Source of the DNA: Acidobacteriota bacterium
Lineage (GTDB): Bacteria; Acidobacteriota; UBA6911
Reading direction: 5' to 3'
DNA length: 64,000 nucleotides
Assembly: GCA_963664705.1 (NCBI GenBank)
Contig: OY761556.1
Span: 4,544,001 to 4,608,000, forward strand
Shown: piece after piece, positions 52,918-62,950 of the stretch
Layout: each line of letters opens with the position of its first letter
Position numbering within the stretch: the first letter of the stretch is position 1
Program-made: the position numbers and the translations under genes
The notes under the pieces: model-generated
The model's input: only the letters and a program-made list of their open reading frames with translations
Told to the model about the DNA's origin: nothing
Database searches by the model: none

Positions 52918-54377
52918 TGCACCAAAACCGGAATCACTGAATGTCGCCCAGGAATTCCCCGCGGTTTCGACAGCCGAGTGGGAACAGGTCATTACCAAGG
53001 ACCTCAAGGGCGGCGATTACGACAAGAAGCTGGTATGGCGGACGGAAGAGGGTATTGCCGTCCGCCCCTACTACCGCAAGGAAAATCTCGCGGGCCTGGA
53101 AGACCAGCTCGAGATGCGCTGCACAAAATCCGATTGGGAATTCGGCCAGGATGCTCAGCCAAAGGCCGACGCCATCCGTGCCGACTTTTTCTATGAAGCG
53201 GGAGCTCACTCCGTGCAGCAGCTCGGATATGCCGTTGCCGCGGGTGTTGAGCGCCTCGCGGACCTAGCCGCAGCCAGCCGGTGCCGTTGCCGCGGGTGTT
53301 GAGCGCCTCGCGGACCTAGCCGCAGCCAAGCCGGTCGAAGCCGCGGCCCGCGAAATCGAATTCGTTTTCGCGGTCGGTTCAAGCTATTTCATGGAAATCG
53401 CCAAACTCCGCGCCGCCCGTCTGCTCTGGGCGCAAGCCGTATCCGCATTCGGATCCAAGGACACGGATGCCTGCACAATGCAGATGCTCGTCCGTACGGC
53501 ACGACGGAACAAAAGCGTCTATGACCGGTACACCAACCTGCTGCGCGTGACCACGGAAGCGCTCTCCGCAGTAATCGGAGGGTGCAGCCGGTTGACCATC
53601 GAGCCATTCGGTTTTGACGATCATATCGCGTTGAACATCCAGCGGATTCTGAAGGAAGAATCCCATATGGATGCAGTCGCTGACCCTGCAGGCGGTTCCT
53701 ATTATATCGAGGCTCTTACCGATTCCCTCGCCCGTGCGGCCTGGAAGCTGTTCCAGGAAACAGAGGCTGCCGGCGGCTACACCAAGGTGCTGAAATCGGG
53801 TGCCATCGACAAAGCTCTTGCCGAGACGCGCGGTTCGCGTGAAAAGGTGCTGAGCGGTCGCCGTCGATCCATGGTTGGAGTAAACAACTTTCCGAATCTG
53901 ATGGAAAAGACTCCAGGGATGGAGGCACCGGCCTCCATGAACAGTCCGCTTCCCCAGTACCGGATTGCGGAGCCATTTGAAAACATCCGGCAGCAGACAG
54001 AGGCATATGCCCGTACTAAGGGCCGCTATCCGAAAGTTCTCCTGCTCAAGCGCGGCGATGTCAAGATGAAGGGAGCCCGCGCGACCTTCTGCTTGAATTT
54101 CTTTGGTTGTGCGGGGTTTGAAATGGCCGAATCCGAAGACTACACGGGGACAGATGCCAACTTGATCATTCTGTGCAGCTCCGATCCCGAGTATCTTCCA
54201 TTCGCGCTGGAAGTCTGTTCCAAGGTAAAGGTTCCGGTCCTGGTGGCCGGCAACCCGAAGGAACAGATTGCGGAATTGAAGGCAGCAGGCGTGCAAGGTT
54301 TCGTCCACGTGTTAAGCGACATGGTTGAAACCCTGACTGAATGGCAGAACAAACTTGGAATGAGGAGCGGGCAATGA
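52910..54377 (+). pseudogene. mutA: Methylmalonyl-CoA mutase small subunit, frameshifted by a 52-bp tandem duplication (real lesion or assembly artifact)
   Basis: N-terminal EFP.VS..EW, TEEGI...PYY; C-terminal EIAKLRA.R, DPAGGSYYIE, ILCSSD..Y; removing 53230-53281 joins the two frames. Confidence 0.85.
53230..53334. repeat. Near-perfect 52/53-bp tandem duplication
   Basis: TGCCGTTGCCGCGGGTGTTGAGCGCCTCGCGGACCTAGCCGCAGCCA(A)GCCGG occurs twice. Confidence 0.95.
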
Positions 54378-56503
54378 AACCGGACTTTACAAAAATCGAC
54401 TATAAGATTCGCCCGCAAACTGCAGCCGTAGCTTCGGAAAACAGGCAACCCTGGATGACGGCAGAGCGGATTCCCGTGAAGCCGATCTACACAGCCGAAG
54501 ACCTCGCCGGCATGGAACACCTGGAGTATGCAGCCGGGATCCCGCCATTCCTGCGCGGCCCGTACTCGACTATGTATTCCATGCAGCCCTGGACAATCCG
54601 TCAGTACGCGGGCTTTTCAACTGCAGAAGAATCCAATGCTTTCTACCGGCGCAATCTCGCCGCCGGTCAGAAAGGCCTCTCGGTGGCATTTGACCTGGCC
54701 ACGCATCGTGGCTATGACTCGGATAATGAGCGCGTGATCGGGGATGTCGGCAAAGCCGGCGTCGCCATCGACTCAATCGAAGATATGAAAATCCTCTTCG
54801 ATCAGATTCCGCTCGGTCAGATGTCGGTTTCGATGACCATGAATGGCGCAGTTCTTCCCGTGATGGCGTTCTATATCGTCGCCGCGGAAGAACAGGGAGT
54901 CAGCACACAGCAGCTGAACGGCACTATTCAGAACGACATTCTGAAAGAGTTCATGGTACGGAACACATACATCTATCCGCCGCTGCCATCGATGAAGATC
55001 ATCGGAGATATTTTCCAATATTGCTCGGCGAATATGCCGAAGTTCAATTGCATATCGATCAGCGGATACCACATCCAGGAAGCCGGCGCGACCGCAGATA
55101 TTGAGCTCGGCTATACGCTGGCGGATGGATTGGAATATATCCGAACGGGAATCAACGCAGGGTTGGATATCGACAGCTTCGCGCCCCGTTTGAGCTTCTT
55201 CTGGGGCATCGGCATGAATCACTTCATGGAGATTGCCAAGATGCGCGCGGCACGCGTCCTCTGGGCAAAACTCATCAAGGGATTCAATCCGAAGAATTCC
55301 AAATCCATGGCGCTGCGCACACACTCCCAAACGTCGGGCTGGAGCCTGGCGGCACAGGATGTGTTTAATAACGTAACCCGGACCTGCGTTGAAGCGCTCG
55401 CGGCAGCACTCGGCCACACGCAATCGCTGCATACCAATGCGCTGGACGAAGCCATTGCGCTGCCGACCGATTTCTCGGCCCGTATTGCCCGCAACACCCA
55501 GATTTACCTGCAGGAAGAAGCGGACATCACGAAAGTGGTCGATCCGTGGGCAGGCAGCTACTACGTGGAATTCCTCACCCGGGAACTGATGCATAAAGCC
55601 TGGCATCACATCCAGGAAATCGAGGCGCTCGGCGGAATGGCCAAAGCCATTGAGACCGGCATCCCCAAGATGCGGATCGAAGAGGCGGCAGCCCGCCGGC
55701 AGGCACTGATCGATTCCGGCAGGGAAACCATCGTGGGCGTGAACAAATACCGGCTGGAAAAAGAAGAGCAGCTTGACGTGTTGATCGTAGACAACCAGGC
55801 GGTCCGCGAATCCCAGCTGCGCCGCCTCGCACAGACAAAGGCTGCCCGCAACCAGTCGGCTGTTGAAGCGGCGCTGGCGGCTCTGACCAAATGCGCCGAA
55901 ACGGGAGAAGGCAACCTGCTGGAACTCTCGATTGACGCGGCAAGAAAACGGGCCACCCTTGGGGAGATTTCCTCCTCACTCGAAAAGGTGTACGGCCGGT
56001 ATCAGGCGGTCAACCGGACCATTTCCGGCGTGTACTCCTCTGAAAGCAAGGGCGATCCTGAATTCCAGAAGGCGCTCGCGATGGCCGATGAGTTTGCCAA
56101 GGCGGAAGGGCGCCGTCCTCGAATCCTGATTGCCAAAATGGGCCAGGACGGGCACGACCGCGGAGCCAAGGTCATCGCTACCGCATTCGCGGATCTCGGG
56201 TTTGACGTCGATGTAGGCCCGCTCTTCCAGACTCCTCGCGAGGCAGCCCGTATGGCCGTGGAAAATGATGTTCACGTACTCGGAGCTTCCAGCCTTGCCG
56301 GCGGACACGCCACGCTGGTGCCCGAAGTGATTTCCGAACTGAAGAAGCTTGGACGCGAAGACATTCTCGTCTTCGTCGGCGGAGTGATTCCTCCCCAGGC
56401 TTACGAAGACCTGTTCAAAGCAGGGGTAACGGATGTATTTGGGCCGGGTTCGGTAATCCCGAAATGCGCCCAGAAAATCCTGACCGCTCTGCTTCAGGCC
56501 TAG
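54374..56503 (+). CDS. mutB: Methylmalonyl-CoA mutase large subunit
   Basis: [24 protein letters not shown]12-binding DGHDRG. Confidence 0.97.
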   Translation: MKPDFTKIDYKIRPQTAAVASENRQPWMTAERIPVKPIYTAEDLAGMEHLEYAAGIPPFLRGPYSTMYSMQPWTIRQYAGFSTAEESNAFYRRNLAAGQKGLSVAFDLATHRGYDSDNERVIGDVGKAGVAIDSIEDMKILFDQIPLGQMSVSMTMNGAVLPVMAFYIVAAEEQGVSTQQLNGTIQNDILKEFMVRNTYIYPPLPSMKIIGDIFQYCSANMPKFNCISISGYHIQEAGATADIELGYTLADGLEYIRTGINAGLDIDSFAPRLSFFWGIGMNHFMEIAKMRAARVLWAKLIKGFNPKNSKSMALRTHSQTSGWSLAAQDVFNNVTRTCVEALAAALGHTQSLHTNALDEAIALPTDFSARIARNTQIYLQEEADITKVVDPWAGSYYVEFLTRELMHKAWHHIQEIEALGGMAKAIETGIPKMRIEEAAARRQALIDSGRETIVGVNKYRLEKEEQLDVLIVDNQAVRESQLRRLAQTKAARNQSAVEAALAALTKCAETGEGNLLELSIDAARKRATLGEISSSLEKVYGRYQAVNRTISGVYSSESKGDPEFQKALAMADEFAKAEGRRPRILIAKMGQDGHDRGAKVIATAFADLGFDVDVGPLFQTPREAARMAVENDVHVLGASSLAGGHATLVPEVISELKKLGREDILVFVGGVIPPQAYEDLFKAGVTDVFGPGSVIPKCAQKILTALLQA

Positions 56504-56513
56504 CCAACGACAT

Positions 56514-56560
56514 AATTCGCGGAATTCGCGGCAAAAAAACCGCCACGAATTCCGCGAATT
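56514..56560. repeat. Palindrome with 9-nt periodicity; related copy at about 58422-58472
   Basis: AATTCGCGGAATTCGCGGC-a7cc-GCCACGAATTCCGCGAATT. Confidence 0.75.
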
Positions 56561-56578
56561 GCACTAACATTCAAACCT

Positions 56579-57607
56579 GTGAGCGAACACCTGAAGAAAA
56601 GCCCCAAACCATCCCCCTCAAGCCGAAGACGATTATCGCTCAATCACTATGTTGATGGCGTTCTCAGCGGCGACCGAATGGTCCTCGCAAGAGCGATTAC
56701 GGTAGTCGAAAGCGAGCTCTCCTCCGACGGCGAGCTTGCGGCGCACTTGCTGGACAGGGTACTGCCGTACTCCGGCAAATCGCGCCGCGTCGGAATCACC
56801 GGCGTCCCCGGCGTCGGCAAAAGCACTTTTATCGACGCACTCGGCATGCACCTGATCCGGGATCTCGGCGAGAATGTGGCCGTCCTCAGCGTCGATCCCT
56901 CCAGCCCGATCTCCCATGGCAGTATTCTTGGCGATAAAACCAGGATGGAACGCCTGTCCGCCGAGGAAAATGCGTTTATTCGCCCGTCTCCCTCCCGCGG
57001 CCATCTGGGCGGCGTAGCGAGGCGTACGCGCGAAACAATCCTTCTGTGTGAAGCTGCCGGCTATCAGAACATCCTCGTGGAAACCGTTGGTGTCGGCCAG
57101 TCGGAAACCGCCGTGCGCTCCATGACAGACTTTTTCCTTCTGCTGATGCTTGCCGGAGCCGGAGATGAACTGCAGGGGATGAAGCGCGGCATCATCGAAA
57201 TGCTGGACGGGATGACCATCAACAAAGCCGACGGTGATAATAAAGCCAAAGCGGAAAGAGCACGCATCGAATATGCAAACGCACTTCACCTGTTCCCTGC
57301 CTCCGCCGATGGCTGGACCCCCTCTGTACTAACCTGTTCGGCGCTCGCCGGAGAAGGTATCGCGGAAGTTTGGCGGACGATACTGGCACACCGCAGCTTG
57401 GTGGAGGGAAACGGATTCCTGCTGCAGCGACGCAGTCACCAGGCACTCGAATGGATGCAGGAACTGGTGATGATCGGCCTTCAAGAGTCATTTGCCGCAG
57501 ATAGCGGCGTGGCATCCCGGCTGCCAATGCTGCAGGAAGAAGTGGAGAAGGGCCAGGTAACCCCGTTTGCCGCAAGCCGCGAACTGCTGAGGATCTTCAG
57601 GAAGTAA
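56579..57607 (+). CDS. meaB: MeaB/ArgK GTPase chaperone of the mutase
   Basis: GVPGVGKST, DPSS..GSILGDKTRM, ETVGVGQSE, NKAD. Confidence 0.95.
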   Translation: MSEHLKKSPKPSPSSRRRLSLNHYVDGVLSGDRMVLARAITVVESELSSDGELAAHLLDRVLPYSGKSRRVGITGVPGVGKSTFIDALGMHLIRDLGENVAVLSVDPSSPISHGSILGDKTRMERLSAEENAFIRPSPSRGHLGGVARRTRETILLCEAAGYQNILVETVGVGQSETAVRSMTDFFLLLMLAGAGDELQGMKRGIIEMLDGMTINKADGDNKAKAERARIEYANALHLFPASADGWTPSVLTCSALAGEGIAEVWRTILAHRSLVEGNGFLLQRRSHQALEWMQELVMIGLQESFAADSGVASRLPMLQEEVEKGQVTPFAASRELLRIFRK

Positions 57608-57631
57608 TCTGTTTTGCAGCCTAAAACAACA

Positions 57632-57676
57632 AAGACGCAAAGAGCTGGAAGAAAGGCTTCCAGTCTTTACGTCTTC
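57632..57676. terminator. Hairpin between convergent genes, probable terminator
   Basis: AAGACGCAAAGAGCTGGAAG / CTTCCAGTCTTTACGTCTT. Confidence 0.6.
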
Positions 57677-57698
57677 GAACTCCATAAACCGCAAATAG

Positions 57699-58049
57699 CT
57701 ACGGAAAAACGACAGTGACATCCTTATCGCTGAAAAGAAGTCCCTTGATCGCATCGCGACCGGAGCCGTCTTTTCCGACTGTCAGCGAATTGTAGTCGCT
57801 TTTCTTTTTGAGCTGCTCGATTTTGCCGTCTACAGTCGCCACCACTCTGCCCTTGGACTTGAAAACAACTTTGGCATCAGTGCCGGTGGCTTCCCACTTT
57901 ACTTCGTACTCACCGGCCGGAATTTCGGTTCCGGTTACGTACATCGGCTTTGAAATCGAATAATTAACGGTTCCACCAGCCGCCAGAATCGGGGCAGCCA
58001 CAAGAATCAGAAACAAAACAAACAAAATCGAATTTCTACCGTTGAACAT
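57699..58049 (-). CDS. Small secreted hypothetical protein
   Basis: Signal peptide; V.G..IPAGEYEVKW; GAGGAG RBS. Confidence 0.8.
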   Translation of the reverse strand: MFNGRNSILFVLFLILVAAPILAAGGTVNYSISKPMYVTGTEIPAGEYEVKWEATGTDAKVVFKSKGRVVATVDGKIEQLKKKSDYNSLTVGKDGSGRDAIKGLLFSDKDVTVVFP

Positions 58050-58491
58050 GTTCTCCTCTTCCTTTCGAATGGTTCAATGAATCCAAAATACACTTCTAAA
58101 ATGGTTGTTCAGCTTTGATTCCGGAATGCCTGGGGTCATCTTCCGCGCGGGCCAGAGCCGAGGGAGATGGGGACTAGCGGTGAAACTAAAACAGCAGAAC
58201 CTCTTTCAGCAACTTATGACCATCGATCGCGTTTATGGCAACCAGATGGTTCAATGATCCCCTCAACCAGTTCGAAATCCAGATCAACAAGCCGTTTTAT
58301 AATTTCATCCAACCTCTTACACATCGACAAACGGCCGGAAATATCTTAACTGAACTTATAAGATACGCAAAGCGAAACTCCGTTGTTTCAGAGATCCCTT
58401 TCGGACTCTGCCACGACTCCGGCAATTCGTGAGATCAGCGGCAGGAAAAAACTGCCGCCAATTCCACGAATTGCCCTTAATTGTCGCAGAT

Positions 58492-58878
58492 CTATTTGAT
58501 CGGAACATCGATGACCTGATGCTCATGCTTCACCTTTGTGTTGTGCATGTCATACCCGTCCTGATCCGGAAACCATATTTCCGAAAGAAAATACTGTTCT
58601 CCCACTTTGTCAAATACAACGTGGGCATCTTTGGGAGTCGTGTGGATTGCGGCTGCCAGCCGCGTAATCACCACTGCGAATCCCCGGTGATTTTCAGGAC
58701 CGTCAATCCGAATGCTCCGGTCGCCTGTGGCAGGTGATAGCTTGTAGTGCCCTGCCGGATATTTATCGCCTGATGCCGAAAATGCAAAAGGCACTTCAAC
58801 GCTCAAAGTTTGTGCATGGACGGCCGATGCGGCCAGCAAAGCAAAGACACCGGAAAAAATCAGTAACCTGATTTTCAT
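58492..58878 (-). CDS. Small secreted hypothetical protein
   Basis: Signal peptide ending AHA-like; VPFAF....PAG.Y, VFDKVG..YFLSEIW. Confidence 0.82.
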   Translation of the reverse strand: MKIRLLIFSGVFALLAASAVHAQTLSVEVPFAFSASGDKYPAGHYKLSPATGDRSIRIDGPENHRGFAVVITRLAAAIHTTPKDAHVVFDKVGEQYFLSEIWFPDQDGYDMHNTKVKHEHQVIDVPIK

Positions 58879-59214
58879 TGGGGCTCCTTTCGCACCTGGT
58901 GGCTTCTACCTCATTGACACGATTTCCAAAATCAATGGCTGCATGCGGGGGGCGAGAGGTAATCGGAAGGCCTCCTCAGGATTCGAGGCTCGATGGGAAC
59001 CGTGCTGGATCGCAGGTGATTCCCTTTGGATTGATCCGCGACACTATTCACGGTGCGACCCAGCCGGGCTCATACAACACTTGAGACTAAATGTAACATC
59101 ATTCCCGGCTAGTGCAAATATTTTAGTACATATTCCCTATTCTTTGGATCTATGGAGATACCGGTGAGCCAAAATCCAGGAATCAAGAAGACAACTCCTG
59201 TCTCCTGCCATTGG

Positions 59215-59832
59215 CTATTTTTTCCGAATCATGTAGATGGGGTGGTCGCAGCTTACCATGACGTTGCCGGTCAGTCGGCACCAGGAGGGCAAGTCCTCCC
59301 TGGCACCGGGGTTTGTGGCCAACAATCGCATAATCTGCCCCGACGGCATTTCTTTCATCCGGTTGCGGAGTTCCAGCACAAGATCTCCACAGCCCATATC
59401 GCCGGCATCCCATTCGGCGCTACAAACAAGGTGGGCGGGCGCTGCAGTATTGCTTCTATTTTGAGGTTCTGTCGTCTGTATCTGTAAATCCGCCTCCGGG
59501 ATGGATAGCGGCCAGAGGCATTGGGGCAGAGCGCCCGGAGCGACGCCTTCATCATTGTTTGCCCAGAGCCACCCCTCATTGTAACAGTTCCGGCTGGTGA
59601 TAAAAGAAGACAGGCGGTCCCGCAAAGTCTCTCTGGAGTGGCCCAGTGAAGTCGAAAGGCACTCGGCGCATTGCGGCGCATTCTTGAAGCCCATGGTCAG
59701 ACTCATGAGCGCTTCATGCCCGCAGATTGCCTGCCCGCATACCCCGCATTGCCTTTCACGTATCTGCCGGAGGTCGCGCAGAAGGGCTTCCGTAACCAGC
59801 TCATCGTCCTGTGGATCGAGTTCATCGTTCAT
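59215..59832 (-). CDS. Cys-rich N-terminal domain fused to a TusA/SirA sulfurtransferase domain
   Basis: CGVC...CGHE, CAEC; WDAGDMGCGDL, DLPSWCRLTGN. Confidence 0.85.
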   Translation of the reverse strand: MNDELDPQDDELVTEALLRDLRQIRERQCGVCGQAICGHEALMSLTMGFKNAPQCAECLSTSLGHSRETLRDRLSSFITSRNCYNEGWLWANNDEGVAPGALPQCLWPLSIPEADLQIQTTEPQNRSNTAAPAHLVCSAEWDAGDMGCGDLVLELRNRMKEMPSGQIMRLLATNPGAREDLPSWCRLTGNVMVSCDHPIYMIRKK

Positions 59833-59870
59833 GTACGTTTGGGCTGCCGGGCAGGGATGCTCCGCTGCTC

Positions 59871-61022
59871 TTATGAATACTTCTCTCGAAGGATGCGCGC
59901 TGCCTTCACAATATTTCCGATTTTGAGGGCGGCACTCTTCTCGTCATTAACACATCGATTTGCAAAGCAGCCAAAGCCGCAATCAGGGTTCAGGAATACC
60001 TGTTCCGGGCGGTAATATTGCAGAGCCCGTTCGGCATTGCGGATAATGGTATCCACGCTTTCCGCCTCATCGGTTCTCGGATTGACGACTCCAAGCCCGA
60101 TTTCGCGATCTGCCAGGGCTTTGCCCACCACCTCCACATCTCCGGCTCGCGGAGTGGCATATTCGAGTACAAACTGTTTCACACCCATTTCCTTGAAGCA
60201 TGGAATCAGCGGCTCATAATCCCCCGACAACAAAACTTCCTCAGAGCGGCTCCAGTTACCGCGGCAGACGTGAAGACCCGTTCGAACACCGGGGATTCCC
60301 TGGACGACCTGATTTAGCAGCTCCGCAGCATATTTTAGTTCGGACCCCGCATCACGGCGGGTTGCCAGGGTCGCTCACATGAAGGTCCGTCGCTGATTTT
60401 CCTGGGAGAAAACAATTTCCGTCAGCACAGGTTCATCAAACTGAACGAATTCGCATCCCTCCTTCGCCAGGTCCTGTAGCTCTTCACGGAGGATCTTCAC
60501 GACATCATTCCCCATTTCCAGCTTGTCGTCATAAACCTTGGAGGTAAAGGCACCCACCCACATGGAGCGCGTAAGCAGGTAGGGTCCCGGCAGTGTCATT
60601 TTTACCGGCTTATCTGTGAGTTGACGGAGGAATCTCAGTTCCTGAACGGCCAGCGGTTCCCGCCGCGACAGCCTGTCGATGCAGGTGGGGTTTCGGATCG
60701 CGGAGGCGGGGACGTCCAGAGTGGAAAGCATTTCCTCAAAACCCGCTTTGTCCTCCACGGTATCCAGCATCTCGGCCAGCGACATCAGGCGCGTTCCGTC
60801 GACCTTGTCCGTAATGAATGAATAAAAATTGTCACGCCGCTGCTCTCCATCCACGACAATGTCCACGCCGGCGTCCAGCTGAGCCTTTACGCATCGCCGT
60901 ACTTCCTCATCCGCAATGACATTAAATGCCTCCCGCGTGATTTCATTCTTCTGTTTTGCCCGCAGGGCTTTGAGCAGATCCCTTGAGCGGGGCCAGCTTC
61001 CAACCTGAGTCACTTCAAACAT
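59871..61022 (-). CDS. Cobalamin-independent methionine synthase core (MetE C-terminal) family protein, probable selenoprotein (UGA at 60377-60375)
   Basis: VGSWPR, DGEQRR, LPGP, VQFDEP, then TGA, then open in frame through HVCRGN, LEY and NPDCGF; SECIS-like hairpin follows the TGA. Confidence 0.85.
60342..60374 (-). promoter_or_regulatory. Putative bacterial SECIS element
   Basis: UGA-GCGACCCUGGCAA-CCCGC-CGUGAU-GCGGG-GUCC: 5-bp GC stem starting 13 nt after UGA, G-containing loop, GAC/GUC lower pairing. Confidence 0.7.
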
Positions 61023-61053
61023 TGGTTCGCCACACTTATGAAATCGATCGGAT

Positions 61054-61797
61054 TCAGACGATCGAAAGTTTGTATTTGATATCCACAGCCTTTTTTAGGG
61101 TAGAGGCAAGCGGCGAACGCTGTACAGTTCGGCCCCAAGCCTCGCGCACTTTCCCTTCATCCGCAAATGAGGAAACAAAACACTTCATTTCAATGGAGGA
61201 TACGGAAGGATCCCCTTCCTCGAGACCAAGATGTGCCAACACATTGTAGAGTTTTCCGCTGACTGTCATCTCAATATCGTCCACCTCGATCCGGCTCCTG
61301 GAACACTCGGTAGCAAAACCGGTCGTTAGATCGCCCACAAGTGCGGCCAACAGATACTCGATTGCACATGGATGTTTGTCGGTCGTTTCAAAACTGGCCG
61401 GCTGGCCCACCTCAATGGAAAAATTGCGGCAATAGACGGTGCTTTTCAGTTTCCCGGTGGAACGAGCGCGTGCTTTCCACTCGTAGTCTTTCGCTCTTCC
61501 CTTATCTTTCTCGAGGCTCTCGTTCTGTTCAGCGGCACGGACTGTCTTGCGAATAAAGTAACGGCTCATTCCTTCCGCTTCAATAAAGCCCAGATATTCC
61601 AACCCCACCATGCGGCACCAGGGCGGCAGATCTCCTCTTACCGTCGGTTCCGAACTGCGCATTTCAAAGATACCCCGTTCCGGAACGCGTAGCATATTCT
61701 CCCGGATCAGAAGAATAAGTCCGGAGCCGCAATCCAGATCCCCCCCGTCAAACATATGATCGGGAGTGATCGATGCAAGATCGACTTTTTCGCTCAT
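61054..61797 (-). CDS. TusA-like domain fused to an OsmC-like domain
   Basis: FDGGDLDCGSGL, DLPPWCRM (TusA); PASF....P..IEYLLAAL, SP...TL (OsmC-like); start at MSEKVD after AGGGG. Confidence 0.85.
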   Translation of the reverse strand: MSEKVDLASITPDHMFDGGDLDCGSGLILLIRENMLRVPERGIFEMRSSEPTVRGDLPPWCRMVGLEYLGFIEAEGMSRYFIRKTVRAAEQNESLEKDKGRAKDYEWKARARSTGKLKSTVYCRNFSIEVGQPASFETTDKHPCAIEYLLAALVGDLTTGFATECSRSRIEVDDIEMTVSGKLYNVLAHLGLEEGDPSVSSIEMKCFVSSFADEGKVREAWGRTVQRSPLASTLKKAVDIKYKLSIV

Positions 61798-61831
61798 TTC
61801 CCCTACCTGTCGGATGTTCCCGTGCGAAGGA

Positions 61832-61860
61832 AGATTATGCAATAAAGGCTCTTGCGTCAA
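61832..61860 (-). promoter_or_regulatory. Putative sigma70 promoter of the TusA-OsmC/MetE operon
   Basis: TTGACG-17 bp-TAATCT on the minus strand. Confidence 0.55.
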
Positions 61861-61915
61861 TACATACGCATGGCAACAAAAAGGGCCTGAAGGCTGGTTG
61901 ACAGTGTACGACTAT

Positions 61916-62800
61916 CTATTGGGGCGGTTTGATCATGGTGCCGTCGGGACCATATTCGTAAAAACCTCTGCCCGTCTTCCGCCCGAGGTATCCGGCATCC
62001 ACATATTGCTTCAAAAGCGGACAGGGTCGGTATTTCGAATCTCCAAACCCTCTGTAGAGCACATTCAGAATGCTCAGGCATGTATCGAGTCCGATGAAAT
62101 CCGCCAGCGCCAGGGGACCCATGGGATGACGCATCCCCAAAACCATGACTTGGTCAATCGCATGCGCCGTTCCCACCCCTTCATACAGGGCATAAACAGC
62201 TTCGTTTATCATGGGCATCAGGATCCGATTCGAGATAAACCCGGGAAAATCCTTGCTTTCAACCGGGGTCTTGCCGAATTTCAAGGTCAGTTCTTTGGTA
62301 AGATAAAACGTTGGCGACGATGTCGCCAACCCTCGGATAATTTCCACGATCCCCATGACCGGCACGGGATAAAAAAAATGCATGCCGATGACCTTTCCGG
62401 GACGTTGAGTGGCAGCACCCATTCGCGTAATCGAGATTGACGATGTATTGGAGGCCAAAACAGTATCCGGCCGACAGATCTCATCCAACTTCCGGAACAG
62501 ATCGATTTTGACATTTTCGATTTCGACCACCGCTTCAACAACAAAATCGGCGGCGCTCATGGATGGAAGCTCTGTCGTTACCTGGATGCGATCCAGGCAT
62601 ACTTGCTTTTCATCCGGCGTCAGCTTCCCTTTATCCACCAGCCTTTCCAGGTTTTTCGCAATATTGTCGAGCCCCTTCCGAAGAAGATTCTCTGAAATAT
62701 CGTAGAGGATTACGTTGAGAGAGCCCGCATGCGCGGCCGTCTGAGCAATGCCATGGCCCATCTGCCCCGCGCCAATTATGCCGAGAGTTTTGATTCCCAT
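61916..62800 (-). CDS. hbd: 3-hydroxybutyryl-CoA dehydrogenase
   Basis: GAGQMG.GIA, EAV.E, SNTSS, GMHFF.P, PGFI.NR, HPMGPL.LAD.IGLD. Confidence 0.93.
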   Translation of the reverse strand: MGIKTLGIIGAGQMGHGIAQTAAHAGSLNVILYDISENLLRKGLDNIAKNLERLVDKGKLTPDEKQVCLDRIQVTTELPSMSAADFVVEAVVEIENVKIDLFRKLDEICRPDTVLASNTSSISITRMGAATQRPGKVIGMHFFYPVPVMGIVEIIRGLATSSPTFYLTKELTLKFGKTPVESKDFPGFISNRILMPMINEAVYALYEGVGTAHAIDQVMVLGMRHPMGPLALADFIGLDTCLSILNVLYRGFGDSKYRPCPLLKQYVDAGYLGRKTGRGFYEYGPDGTMIKPPQ

Positions 62801-62921
62801 GATAATCCTCCTTGAAGGTTCTGAGAGGCACTTCAAATCTTGAATCCATATTCCTACGCAAATCGGACAGGTTCAATACCTGTTTTGGCCAAGTAGAAAC
62901 ATCATTTTTATTGCGGGTCAT

Positions 62922-62950
62922 TTGACAACTACCTATCCGAACCTTATAAA
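62922..62950 (+). promoter_or_regulatory. Putative sigma70 promoter with no adjacent CDS
   Basis: TTGACA-17 bp-TATAAA. Confidence 0.6.

Noticed and set aside
61916-62800. hbd as part of the Sec-MetE operon
   Set aside because: A small hairpin with a T-run and a separate promoter lie between them; linkage is unproven.
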